From NCBI GenBank assembly GCA_964016885.1, contig OZ024741.1, positions 307,830,001 through 307,894,000 on the forward strand: 64,000 nt of DNA. The letters are read 5' to 3'. A program made the position numbers and the translations under genes. Of the stretch, positions 1 through 11,208 are shown piece after piece. The DNA comes from Eledone cirrhosa (lineage: Eukaryota). The notes under the pieces were generated by a model that saw nothing but the letters and a program-made list of their open reading frames with translations, ran no database searches and was not told the origin of the DNA. Position 1 is the first letter of the stretch, and every line of letters starts with the position of its first letter.

Positions 1-8
1 TAAATACG

Positions 9-60
<52 letters not shown>

Positions 61-69
61 GAAATATAT

Positions 70-272
70 ATTTGAACAGTTCTTTGATTCTTATATTTCA
101 TATAACTGCTCTGTAAATCATCTGATGTTTTTACATTGAGCTACTTAACTTACTGGTAATAAGGTAGTAATACATTACTGTCTACCACTATTTAGGGTGT
201 GTGTAAAATACTTATAACTGCATAAGGTTTCGTATTTACATAACCATAAATAGTATAACTAATACTAACTAA

Positions 273-277
<5 letters not shown>
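70..277 (+). repeat. Fragment of a dispersed non-coding repeat (PLE pLTR-like family also at 48631-49118)
   Basis: Reverse complement aligns to 48631-48825 (e.g. ttactggtaataaggtagtaat); flanked by (TA)n. Confidence 0.6.
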
Positions 278-346
<69 letters not shown>

Positions 347-1628
347 TAGTGTGTGTGTGTGTATGACAAGATGTGTATATGAAGACATATACGATATGTT
401 TATATATATCAAACATACATATGTCTCACAATGAATGTGATCATGTCATAGTTAACTGAGTAGTCGTTTGCGTACACCCAACACGTTTTTCTAGGTTTTT
501 ATTCGTCGTCGGTGACATTTAACCACTCGGTACTAAGACAAGAATAAGCTATATCTTATATATATTTTGTATAGGAAATATCGGGTGTAATTTGCATATA
601 GTGCAAGTTTGACAGTTTCGGATTAATTAGGATAAATTTGTAGTAGCACTAACATGGTGTGGCTCACAATAGAAGTGTATATGAAGACATATTTCTTCTT
701 TAAACGTCCATTCTCAAGACGTTTAGCCTTCCAACAGAACTAGTAACTGGGGTCTAGCCGAAAATGGTGCCGAAGTAAGAAATGAGAGTCGGGTGAAAAC
801 CAGTGTATCGACTCGCTCCTAAGAATGCCACTGCTGGAGATCAAATATTTTCTCTACTCGAACAACCCGTTCTTAAGAAAACTGTTTCTTTACATCCTAT
901 ATAACTGTATGTATGGTATTATATAATGTTTCTTTAGATCACTTCATTCTATTTCCAATGGAACATTAAATAATACTTTATCCAGCATCGAAACAACGTT
1001 TCTTTCAATGTTTTCACTCAGTGATATAACGGTATGTCCGGTTTTTAAATAATGACTATAAAGAAACTATTTTTCTTCTTTAAGTAAATGGTATCTTCTT
1101 ATCTCATTTCAGTAACAACTAGCCAGCATTTTATCCCTTGAAACCATTCCTCCCGAAACCCCTTCCGTATAGTCTAATTGAAAAAATGTTTGTTAAGTAC
1201 TATTCCAAGCATCAGATTACTGAAGAAAAAGTTACTTATTTAATAAAATACCTTCAATTACAAGATTATTTTCAAAATTAATTGAAGCACATAGTGTATT
1301 TCATTAACAATAGATTAAACGAAAGAGTTAAGTTTCAAACACGTATACAATCGGAATATAGCTTAAGAATAATCACTATCCAGAAAGAACCTTCTGTTAA
1401 TATCGACAAGTTTGTCGCATACTTTAAAATCTTTTTGAAATCATTCTGAAGAAATGCAATATTTAATGTATTGCTAATCAATGGGCATAAAAATAATAGA
1501 TTATTATGCAACCAGCAGTATGTAGACTTATATTGTATTGAAACATATGTTAAAAAACGAACTTTTGTTAAAATTTTTCATATTTCTATACTTCACGCCT
1601 AGCGTTTGTTTTCCTATACATTTAATAT

Positions 1629-1663
<35 letters not shown>

Positions 1664-1664
1664 C

Positions 1665-1785
1665 AATAATTGTTTCTACTTTAGGCACAAGGCCAGCAAT
1701 TACCCAGTAATGTACTGGTACTTTATTTTATCGACCCCGTAAGGATGAAAGGCAAAGTTAACCTCGGCGGGATTTGAACTCAGAA
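1665..1785 (-). mobile_element. tRNA-derived SINE family A, partial copy
   Basis: Reverse complement of the 3' two-thirds of 2560-2744. Confidence 0.85.
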
Positions 1786-1800
1786 ATATATATATACATT

Positions 1801-1983
1801 AATTGTTTCTATTTTAGGCACAAGGCCAGCAATTACCCAGTACATTACTGGTACTTTATTTTATCGACCCGTAAGGATGAAAGGCAAAGTTAACCTCGGC
1901 GGGATTTGAACTCAGATCATAAAGGGACGTAACTCTATGCTTCAAAGCATGGTGTCCGACTCTCTACCGATACTGCCAATCCA
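1801..1983 (-). mobile_element. tRNA-derived SINE family A, near full-length
   Basis: Reverse complement of 2560-2744 including A-box (TGGCAGTATCGG) and B-box (GAGTTCAAATCC). Confidence 0.85.
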
Positions 1984-2220
1984 CCAATAATGAGAGGTAT
2001 ACAGATATATGTGCATACATACATATACATGTATATATAAGCATATATTTTTCACAAGTATGTGAGATTGTATGCTGTCGACCTTAACCAGTGTTGCTCT
2101 ATGATTATGAGAGACAAGATAATCGAAATAATTAAATTGAAACAATATCAGAGCTATGTAAAATATTATAAAGTAAGAAGGAATAATAGACACAAATATA
2201 TACCTATTATTTCTTCAATG

Positions 2221-2311
2221 TCCCGATTGTACAGTTTCGCTGATCACTATGCAACAATGTTATATCATAGATATGTAACATTGTTGTGAGGTAAGCCAGC
2301 GTATCAAGGGA
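2221..2311 (-). ncRNA. Type I hammerhead ribozyme motif, variant/decayed core
   Basis: Minus strand: TCCC-TTGATAC-GCTGG..long hairpin..TCAGC-GAAA-CTGTACAA-TC-GGGA; stem I TCCC/GGGA intact. Confidence 0.55.
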
Positions 2312-2559
2312 ACACCTCAAAGAAGAGCCCTAACTACATACGTCCGTAGCAAGCGAGAACATTTCAAAAAGGCGGAGGTAGACTCTATCACGTGATACAC
2401 CGGTCAAGAAAGGGGATTAATCCCGTGTAGCAGTGAAACATATCTCAGAAAAAATATCTCAACATACAATCTCACATACTTGTGAAAAATATATGTTTAT
2501 ATATACATGTATATGTATGTATGCACATATATCTGTATACCTCTTATTATTGTCTCTAA

Positions 2560-2744
2560 GGGCGGTGAATTGGCAGTATCGGTAGAGGGTTGGACGCCAT
2601 GCTTTCTAGCATAGTTACGTCCCTTTACAGTCTGAGTTCAAATCCCGCCGAGGTTAACTTTGCCTTTCATCCTTACGGGGTCGATAAAATAAAGTACCAG
2701 TAATGTACTGGGTGATTGCTGGCCTTGTGCCTAAAGTAGAAACA
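2560..2744 (+). mobile_element. tRNA-derived SINE family A, full-length with 14-bp TSD
   Basis: A-box and B-box; central GCCTTTCATCCTTACGGGGTCGATAAAATAAAGTACC resembles the Meta-SINE type conserved domain (from memory); TSD ATTATTGTCTCTAA at 2546-2559 and 2745-2758. Confidence 0.9.
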
Positions 2745-2987
2745 ATTATTGTCTCTAACTCCCTCACGGTAGAGTAATCACGGAAGTATAGTGACTGCTT
2801 TCAAGGAAACACTATCTACACTTCCAGTCAGCCTTACCACCCCTCTATAGCCTCTGTATCATATTAATATCCCCCTCCGCCTTCTGTGATATTTTTCACT
2901 GCTACAAGGGATTAATCCCCTTTCTTGACCGGTGAGATGTTCTCGCTTGCTACGGACGTATGTAGTTAGGGCTCTTCCCTGAGGTGC

Positions 2988-3078
2988 TCCCTTGATAAGC
3001 TGGCTTACCTCACAACAATGTTATATATCTATGATATAACATTGTTGCATAGTGACCAGCGAAACTGTACAGTCGGTA
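2988..3078 (+). ncRNA. Type I hammerhead ribozyme motif with U3-A8 core (UUGAUAA)
   Basis: TCCC-TTGATAA(2992-2998)-GCTGG..CCAGC-GAAA(3061-3064)-CTGTACAG-TC-GGTA; palindromic stem III, GUC triplet, one stem I mismatch. Confidence 0.65.
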
Positions 3079-3492
3079 CGAAGGAAAAATAGGTATATTT
3101 CGTCTATTATTTCTTCTTATTTTATAATATTTTAGAGGCTACAGAGGGGTTGTAAGGTTGACTAGAAGTGTAGATAGTGTTTGCTTGAAAGCAGTCACTG
3201 TACTTCCGTGGTTACTCTACCGTGGGGGAGTGAGAGACAATAATAAGAGGTATACAGATATATGTGCATACATACATATACATGTATATATAAACATATA
3301 TTTTTCACAAGTATGTGAGATTGTATGTTGAGATATTTTTTCTGAGATAGTTTTCACTGCTACAAGGGATTAATCCCCTTTTTTGACCGGTATATCACGT
3401 GATAGAGTCTCCCTCCACCTTTTTGAGATTTTCTCGCTTGTTACGGACGTATATTTATATGTATATATATATATATATTTTTATATATATAT

Positions 3493-3597
3493 AATTGTTT
3501 CTACTTTAGGCAAAAGGCCAGCAAATTACCCAGTGCATTACTGGTACTTTATTTTATCGACCCCGTAAGGATGAAAGGCAAAGTCAACCTCGGCGGT
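3493..3597 (-). mobile_element. SINE family A, 3' fragment
   Basis: Matches reverse complement of 2645-2750. Confidence 0.8.
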
Positions 3598-3693
3598 TTT
3601 TTTTATATAATGTGGTTGATAATAAATATTACGCAATTACAAGTCTATTATAGAGCCGAAATGCAAAATTAAAAATATTTTTTGGGGGGCTAA

Positions 3694-4640
3694 CTAGGGA
3701 AAGAGCCGGGGACTCAAAGTCAGCATTTCGGCTACAGAGGCGGTGGATCCTGAGGAGTTGGGAGTAGGGAATAAAGTGTTTAGTGTGTGTAGGGTGGGAG
3801 GAGGTGAAGTCGAGGTAGGAGTGGGAGTCTGTGGGTTTGAAGAAGGCGGAGGTGACGAGGGAGTGGTGGTGGTGGTGGTGGGATTCAAGGCGACAGAGAT
3901 GTCTAAGAAGTGGACGTGGGTGGTGGAGATAGAGGTGGTGAAGTGGAGGGAGGGGTGGAAGGAGCAGAAGAAGGAGAGAAAGGAGTCGAGCTGTTCCCGG
4001 GTGAGGGTCGTGGCTCCGATACAGTCGTCGATGTAACGACCGTACAGTTCGGGCGTGGGGCCGGTGTACTGGGCAAAGATTTGTGCCTCAACATGGTCAA
4101 CAAAACGGTTGGCATAGTTTGGGCCAATTCTTGTGCCCATGGCTACCCCCGTGACCTGTTGGTAAAACTCACCCGAGAAGGAGAAAGAGTTGAGGGTGAG
4201 GACCAGCTCGGCGAGGCGAAGGTGGGTGGTTGTGGAGGGGATGGAGAGGGGCGAAGTCGAGGTAGTGCTTGAGGGCACGTAGGCCGTCGGCGTGGGGGAT
4301 GACTGTATAGAGCGACTGGATATCTAGGGTAAAGAGGAAGGGCTGTGGGCCGGGTGGGAAGGTGAAGGAGTCGAATAGGCGAAGGGCGTGGTTGGTGTCG
4401 GAGATGTGGGAGGAGAGGGTGGTGACGAGGGGGGCGAGGATGGAGTCAAGAAAGGCGGAGATAAGTTCGGTGGGGCAGTTGCAAGCGGAGACGATGGGGC
4501 GGCCGAGGTTGTCGGGTTTGTAGAGTTGGGGAGGAAGTAGATAGTGGGGGTACGGGTGCGGACGATGAGGTGGGAAGCGGGGGGGAGATGAGACAAGGTG
4601 TTGGATGGTGGAGGAAACTTGTTGTTGGTAAAGGGATGTT
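3694..4640 (-). pseudogene. Penelope-like retroelement reverse transcriptase fragment (frameshifted)
   Basis: GRPIVSACNCPTE, TLDIQSLYT, FYQQVTGVAMGTRIGPNYA and RYIDD across overlapping ORFs 4169-4663 and 3694-4278. Confidence 0.9.
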
Positions 4641-4899
4641 TCAAGTTTATATTTGAATTGCATGTCCCCTCTTGTTAACTTTAATAAATTTCTTTACTGC
4701 TTATGACATATGGTTTTTACTGTACTTAACTTTTCTGTAGCAGCATATTTTACAATTTTTCCGTAACAGCATGGTTTTGAATTTTAATTATTTTCTATGC
4801 TCCTATTCTTCTTATGCCGCTTCCGCCTATGTTACCTTATATAAATGCTGATACTTACGGTTATCTAGTCTCCCAAATTATTATCCTCCTTTATAACCT

Positions 4900-4944
4900 A
4901 CTCCGATGATACCGGCCTTGTGCTAGGATGAAACGATCGCAAGT
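4900..4944 (+). ncRNA. Decayed minimal hammerhead motif (CCGAUGA core) at the end of a pLTR-like segment
   Basis: ACT-CCGATGA-imperfect stem II-GAAA-CGATCG-CA-AGT; the U of the cleavage triplet is replaced by C. Confidence 0.45.
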
Positions 4945-5003
4945 GATTAAATGTTGTAAACACTCTTTGATTGTCAATATATATTATATTATATTGTATT
5001 TAT

Positions 5004-5059
<56 letters not shown>

Positions 5060-5084
5060 TATATGTGCATATACATATATATAC

Positions 5085-5120
<36 letters not shown>

Positions 5121-5326
5121 ATGTGTGTGTGTGTGTGTGTGTGTGTTTGTCTGTGTGTGTTTGTGTGTGTGTATGGGCTTCTGTTTGTTCACACACATAC
5201 GCACGCATGTGTCTGCCGGCATATGTGCATAAATACGGTCATAACACGCTTCAGTTACTACCGTTTGTCGATAATTCATATTTTTTAATACTCTCTCTAT
5301 ATATATATTTATCTATCTATCTGCAT

Positions 5327-5380
<54 letters not shown>

Positions 5381-5426
5381 GTGTGTGTGCTTGTATGTAT
5401 ATATATATATGTATATATATATATAC

Positions 5427-5522
<96 letters not shown>

Positions 5523-5781
5523 GTATATACATATATATATATACATATATATATATATACATATTCATACAGATATAGACATATATACATCCATATTTAT
5601 ATATTCTTTGTTGAATTGAAGACGAAATAATATACGACTTATCAGAAATGATATAAATTAATCCATATTTGTCAATTAATCAGGTGAGCAGATGTCGTCA
5701 AGAACATACTTACAGGTAGTCAGAGACGAATATACTTACACATATCTTTATATACACACACTGACACACACATACACACAA

Positions 5782-5850
<69 letters not shown>

Positions 5851-6074
5851 ATATATATATATATGCTTTTGTCTGTTTTTTCCTTTCTGATATTCCGAAC
5901 TATACATACATATATATATATGTGTGTGTGTGTATGTGTTTGTGTGTGCATGTATACATATATATATACACATTCATATATATATACTTCTACCTAACCC
6001 GTCCCATGGACTGAGTGCTCTACCACTAAGGATATTACGTTCCAGTGTCCTACCTCTCTCTCTATATATATATA

Positions 6075-6522
<448 letters not shown>

Positions 6523-6543
6523 TGTATATATGTGTATGTATGT

Positions 6544-7152
6544 CAGGTCACCAGTTGGTGTTACTGGTAACATGTATCCCAGTACAACCTGTCTCATGGT
6601 CGGGTCGTTGGTGGTGACTAAACTGGCAACCCCACCAAGGTTTCTTGGTGAAGAGGGTGACTTTGGGCATCCTGCAGGACTAAAAACAAAACCTGTCAAA
6701 GGGCAAAGGAGCTCTTAAGAGTCAATGGCCATCCAAAATCACCGGGAGAGATGACCCCTTAGCCTTTGACAAGGCAGAATTCTAGGAGAAGGAAAACTCT
6801 GATATAACACCTGCAACCCTGATGGTATCCAATGATGTTGATTTGTTCTTCTTTTTGGTAAATATCATCTTGGTTAAGAGAGTGGGACTGGCTTTGTGCA
6901 GTGCCTTTGCTCACTATAAAAGCTTCACGGCACAGGCATAGCTTTATATCTGGAGATCTCTCTGCACTTGTCGTCACATGGTACCATGGGCCCAGCACTA
7001 TGTGTCAATAATTGTCACAAGTGTAGTGTTTGTACCAGAGTTTTCAAGTCGCTGGCTGGACTAAAAAGTCACACTCGTTCAGCGCATCGGTAGGGGTTCT
7101 CCTACATGGATATAAAGTAGTGACCGTACTCGAAAACGAGTTGGCAGCCACC
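6544..7152 (+). mobile_element. Non-autonomous RTE-LINE-derived element (~610 bp)
   Basis: Close copies at 19591-20125 and 39037-39423 (minus), diverged at 17010-17489; 5' part shared with 32641-32830, which precedes RTE-like coding remnants; CTAGGAGAAGGAAAACTCTG is typical of RTE 5' regions (from memory). Confidence 0.7.
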
Positions 7153-7169
7153 ATATATATGTATGTATG

Positions 7170-8345
7170 TAAAAGATAAACAGAAATAACAACACAATCG
7201 GTACAGTATATTGAAGGAATATATTAGGTTAACGCTTGATATAGCAGGAAGAGAGTCTTAACTTTTCGGACGCTAGTCCTTCATCAGAAGAAAGAATGAG
7301 AAATAAGATTGATTGAGGGGACGGGCGGGATGGAATTATCTAGAAAAGCGACAGAAGAATCGGAGACGGAGGCGGTGAAATTGAGAGCAGGATGGAAAGA
7401 TTGGACAAAAGAAAGAAAACAGTCGACCTGTTCTCGCGATAGAGAGGTGGCGCCGATACAGTCGTCCATATAACGACCGTATAGCTTAGGAGTCGGTCCA
7501 GCGTACTGGGAGAATATCTGGGCTTCGACGTAGCCAACAAACAAGTTGGCATAGTTTGGACCCATTCTGGTTCCCATCGCTACCCCAGAGACCTGCTGAT
7601 AAAATTCACCCGAAAAAGAAAATCCATTTAGGGTGAGAACAAGCTCAGCCAGACGGAGAAGAGTGGTAGTGCTGGGTAAGAGGTAGGGCGTAAATCTAAA
7701 AAATGTTAGAGAGCGCGGAGGCCGTCATCATGAGGGATGGCGGTATAGAGAGAGGTGATGTCCAGGGTAAAGAGAAGGCGGGAGGGACTAGGAGTTGAAG
7801 AGTCTAAGGGCATGATTTGTAACGTGGATGTGGGAGGGTAGATTGCCGACCAACGGGGCGAGGATGGTGTCTAAATATTCGGCGGGGCAGTTGCACGCAG
7901 AAACGATAGGACGGCCAGGATTATTTTGTTTGTGTATTTTGGGGAGGAAGTAGAGGGTGGATGAGCGAGCGGTGCGTACCATAAGGTTAGTGGCTGTGGG
8001 TGTAGGAGAGAGGACGAGATGAGCTCGTGGATGGTGGAGGACCGAGTTGTTGGTAGCCAGGAGTGGGGTCGGAGGATAAAGGGCGATAAAAAAGGGTATT
8101 GTGAAGCTGGCGGAGAGCCTCAGCTCTATAGAGGTCAGCGTTCCAAACCACGACAGCGCCACCCTTGTCAGCGGGTTTGATGAAAACGTCATCACGACGC
8201 CGAAGGTTTCGAAGAGCGGCGAGCTCAGTCCGCGTCATGTTAGAGCGACGGAATGCTGGTGGAAACGGAACCGATTCACAGTACGCCGGCAAGTATCGAC
8301 AAAGGAGTCAAGGGTGCTGAACTGGCTAGTGCTCGGCATAAGGTC
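7170..8345 (-). pseudogene. Penelope-like element: degenerate RT joined to a 3' pseudo-LTR
   Basis: IKPADKGGAVVVW, YFLPKIHKQNNPGRPIVSACNCP, MGTRMGPNYA, RYMDD; terminal 7170-7335 recurs at 42519-42685. Confidence 0.9.
7256..7291 (-). ncRNA. Minimal PLE-type hammerhead ribozyme
   Basis: Minus: TCTT-CTGATGA-A-GGAC-TAGC-GTCC-GAAA-AGTT-AAGA; the ACGT palindrome is mutated relative to 42605-42640. Confidence 0.7.
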
Positions 8346-8465
8346 GAGTGACGCAACTTCGAGTGATTAGCGGCATTTAGACTCACCTGATCAATGAAAC
8401 AATTGTTAATATTGTAAATAAAACCCTTTTTGCACAGCCGACCATGTTATTCTTCACACTTTCAC

Positions 8466-8499
<34 letters not shown>

Positions 8500-8501
<2 letters not shown>

Positions 8502-10378
8502 TAATAAAAACAATGAAATAAAGACAAAGAACAAGTTCCTTATATTAAAAAATTCATCATTTTACGATCGTTTCTGGGATGTATATGTGTGTTGGTATGT
8601 ATATCATATAGATCTATGTAAAAATATTACAAATTATCAGAGGAAATATACAAACCTTCACATATACAAGCCGTCCTCAGAAATGATGAGATGTGTTTAT
8701 TGTAAAAAACCAACAAAGATTTAATATAAAAGGACTGTTTGGGAACAGGTTTTGAATTGACCAATAGAAAAGTAGTTAGAGGTCACGTTGATAGAATAGC
8801 TGTAGTAGAAATTTAATTTAGGGGTAGAGGAGTGCAGACTTATGTTTTGAATGAAAAGAATACTTTGGGGATGAAAAGAGGTCAAGCTAAGAAGATAGTG
8901 AAGGGTACACAAAAATTTGATGTTATTAAAGAATAAAGTTAAAAACGAAGGAAAATGAAATTTTAGGGTAAGGGTATTAGTGAGAAATACCAATCTGATT
9001 TAAACCACAAGGAATCTAGATCTATAACAAGAAATTAAATTAATTGATATGTATACTTATAGGGATAAAGTTATATTAATTCATATGAATGTGATAAATA
9101 AGAATTAGATTTTATTAAAGAGTGTTGTTAAAAACGAAGGAGAGTAAAATTTTGGGATAAGAGAAGTAGTGAGAAATACCAATCTTATTTAAACTACAAG
9201 GAATCTAGATACATAACAGGAAATTAAATTAATTTATAGGTATACATATAGGTATTAATTTTAGGAAAAGAGAGCTGTAAGAGGGAAATAAAATTATGAA
9301 GTTCTCTGTAGTAAAATACTAATTATAGGTTAACTAAATTTAAAAAAAACATTTATAATAATTTTTAAAATATAAGAGTAAGGTGTATATTAATTAGGTT
9401 TATAATATTTGAAGGTTCTTCTAATTCTATGATTGCAAGATATAATTAATTCCTGTCGCTTATTTAATAGGATATCCTTAGATTTCATGATTTCAAAAAG
9501 TTCCTGGGAGCATAACCTACACTCGTATCTGCTATTTTGATAAGGAGTGTCCCTTTTGAGCACGCTCCAGGTCAGGTTGTAATCGATATTCTTCTTTCTA
9601 TAATTATTAATTGTTTCAGCCAAGGATGTTGTATTAGCTAATGCGGCATTTTAAAAACTGTTTGTGGGTATTAAATCTTACTTTAAATTGGTTAGACGTA
9701 GCTCCTATATATGAATAAGTGGAGTCCTTGGTGCTAATTTTACATTTATAGACTATGTTATTAATAAGACAATTTCCCTTTAATGGGCAATTTCTTTTGA
9801 TTCTACAGTTACAACCATTCGTGAATATTATATCAGGGGAGTTAGTCAAATTTGGTGTGGAGTTTACTCAACTTGTTATAGGTGAAGGAGATGGTTTGTT
9901 GCGGTTTATTTTAGTATTATGGTTGGTTTGATGTGTTGGTGGTATATTTGTGGTTTTCTTACACTTATATGCGTTGTACGCACTTATATTCTGTTGTATA
10001 TTTTTGGTAGTGGAGTAGGAAAATTTGACAATTGATCTATTTAAAATTTGATGGTATTTATGGTTTGGTGGGAAGTTTTTCTCTAGGATAGCAAAGAATT
10101 TTTTAGGGATATTGTCTTTAATTTGTAGATTAAATGGAGCATTATACCAAGTAACCCGTCTATAACGGTTTCGATATTGTTTTTTATATTTATACAATGT
10201 ATCAGGATGTTTACTAAGAGAGTTACTATTAGTGACTTTATTATATATAGGTTTAGTTAGATTTGGGTGTTTTAGTCTGATTACTAGGATTTTGTTAGTA
10301 ATGTTGTCAACATATATTAGAGTATTAGGATGAATGGTTTTTTGAAAGTCATTATATTTTATGTGAGAAGAGGTACAG

Positions 10379-10380
<2 letters not shown>
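8500..10380 (-). pseudogene. Penelope-like element 3' part (GIY-YIG endonuclease region, Naiad-like) with 3' UTR and pLTR
   Basis: [85 protein letters not shown] in broken frames. Confidence 0.85.
8554..8689 (-). ncRNA. Type I hammerhead ribozyme with ~100-nt stem II extension
   Basis: Minus: TCATCATTT-CTGAGGA-C..TGTATATGTG..CACATATACA..A-GAAA-CGATCG-TA-AAATGATGA; 9-bp stem I, GUA triplet. Confidence 0.8.
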
Positions 10381-10431
<51 letters not shown>

Positions 10432-10481
10432 GCATATACACATATATATATATGTATAAATAAGATTTCTTATACACACAC

Positions 10482-10630
<149 letters not shown>

Positions 10631-10847
10631 AAAAAGAAAAAAAGATGAAATCGAAAATGCAACTGGAGTCTTATTTTAAATATATGTATATATATTTATT
10701 TGGTTCCTTTACCGGTTTCGCTGCATTTTCGATTTCATCTTTTTTTCTTTATACTTTCACTCGTGTAAGACACCTCGGTTATTTTTCATTTTGTAAAAAA
10801 AACCTCACTTTCTAATATATATATATATATATAAACATATATATATA

Positions 10848-11123
10848 TGTTGTATGGACTGGGAATCAAACTCAAAACCTCATTGTTGTATGGACTGTTA
10901 AATTTCTATTCAATTCACACGTGCTCACACATTTGCATATGAATCACGTGACCTGGGCAGTCAGTCAGCTTTGGTATTAAAAACTCGGTCACAGACTGCT
11001 ACTTACTTACTTTATGTTATTCTGCTACTCCGAGGAGGGGCGTTTTGGTTGTTTCGCAAATAACACAAATTATTTGATATAACTCGTTGTGTTTTCTCTG
11101 CGAGTACCGAGAGGAATACAACA
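10848..11123 (+). repeat. 5' LTR (276 bp)
   Basis: Direct repeat of 15474-15745; manual count 9 substitutions and one 4-bp indel. Confidence 0.95.
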
Positions 11124-11208
11124 GAGTTTATTGGCGTCGATGATAGGATTTACCTACATTGCCGATAGGATTTACCTACATTGCCGGAAAATTGTTTATC
11201 ACAAAAAC

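Larger units (their letters stand above)
1985..3450. mobile_element. Rearranged non-coding element: inverted plus direct copies of a ~0.5 kb unit carrying hammerhead motifs
   Basis: Segments 2160-2555 and 2759-2855 are reverse complements of 2893-3450; 2895-2925 recurs at 3353-3390; 1985-2073 repeats 3239-3330. Confidence 0.7.

Noticed and set aside
4928-5997. Many YIYIYI/VCVC/HTHT ORFs here and throughout the window
   Set aside because: Translations of (TA)n, (TG)n and (TACA)n microsatellites, which lack stop codons.
6759-6998. 79-aa ORF repeated at 19725 and 39192
   Set aside because: Recurs only because the repeat is young; no recognisable domain and antisense to the inferred element direction.
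8386-8425. CTGATCA-AT-GAAACAATTG hammerhead-like remnant
   Set aside because: Core mutated and stems I and II absent; too degraded to call.
10633-10750. 29-bp inverted repeat with GAAACCGGTA on the minus strand
   Set aside because: Probably a pLTR scrap, but no CUGANGA box or second copy in the window to support a call.
11089-11208. ORF-track N-terminal extension of Gag
   Set aside because: Starts at GTG inside the LTR; ATG 11209 is the plausible start.
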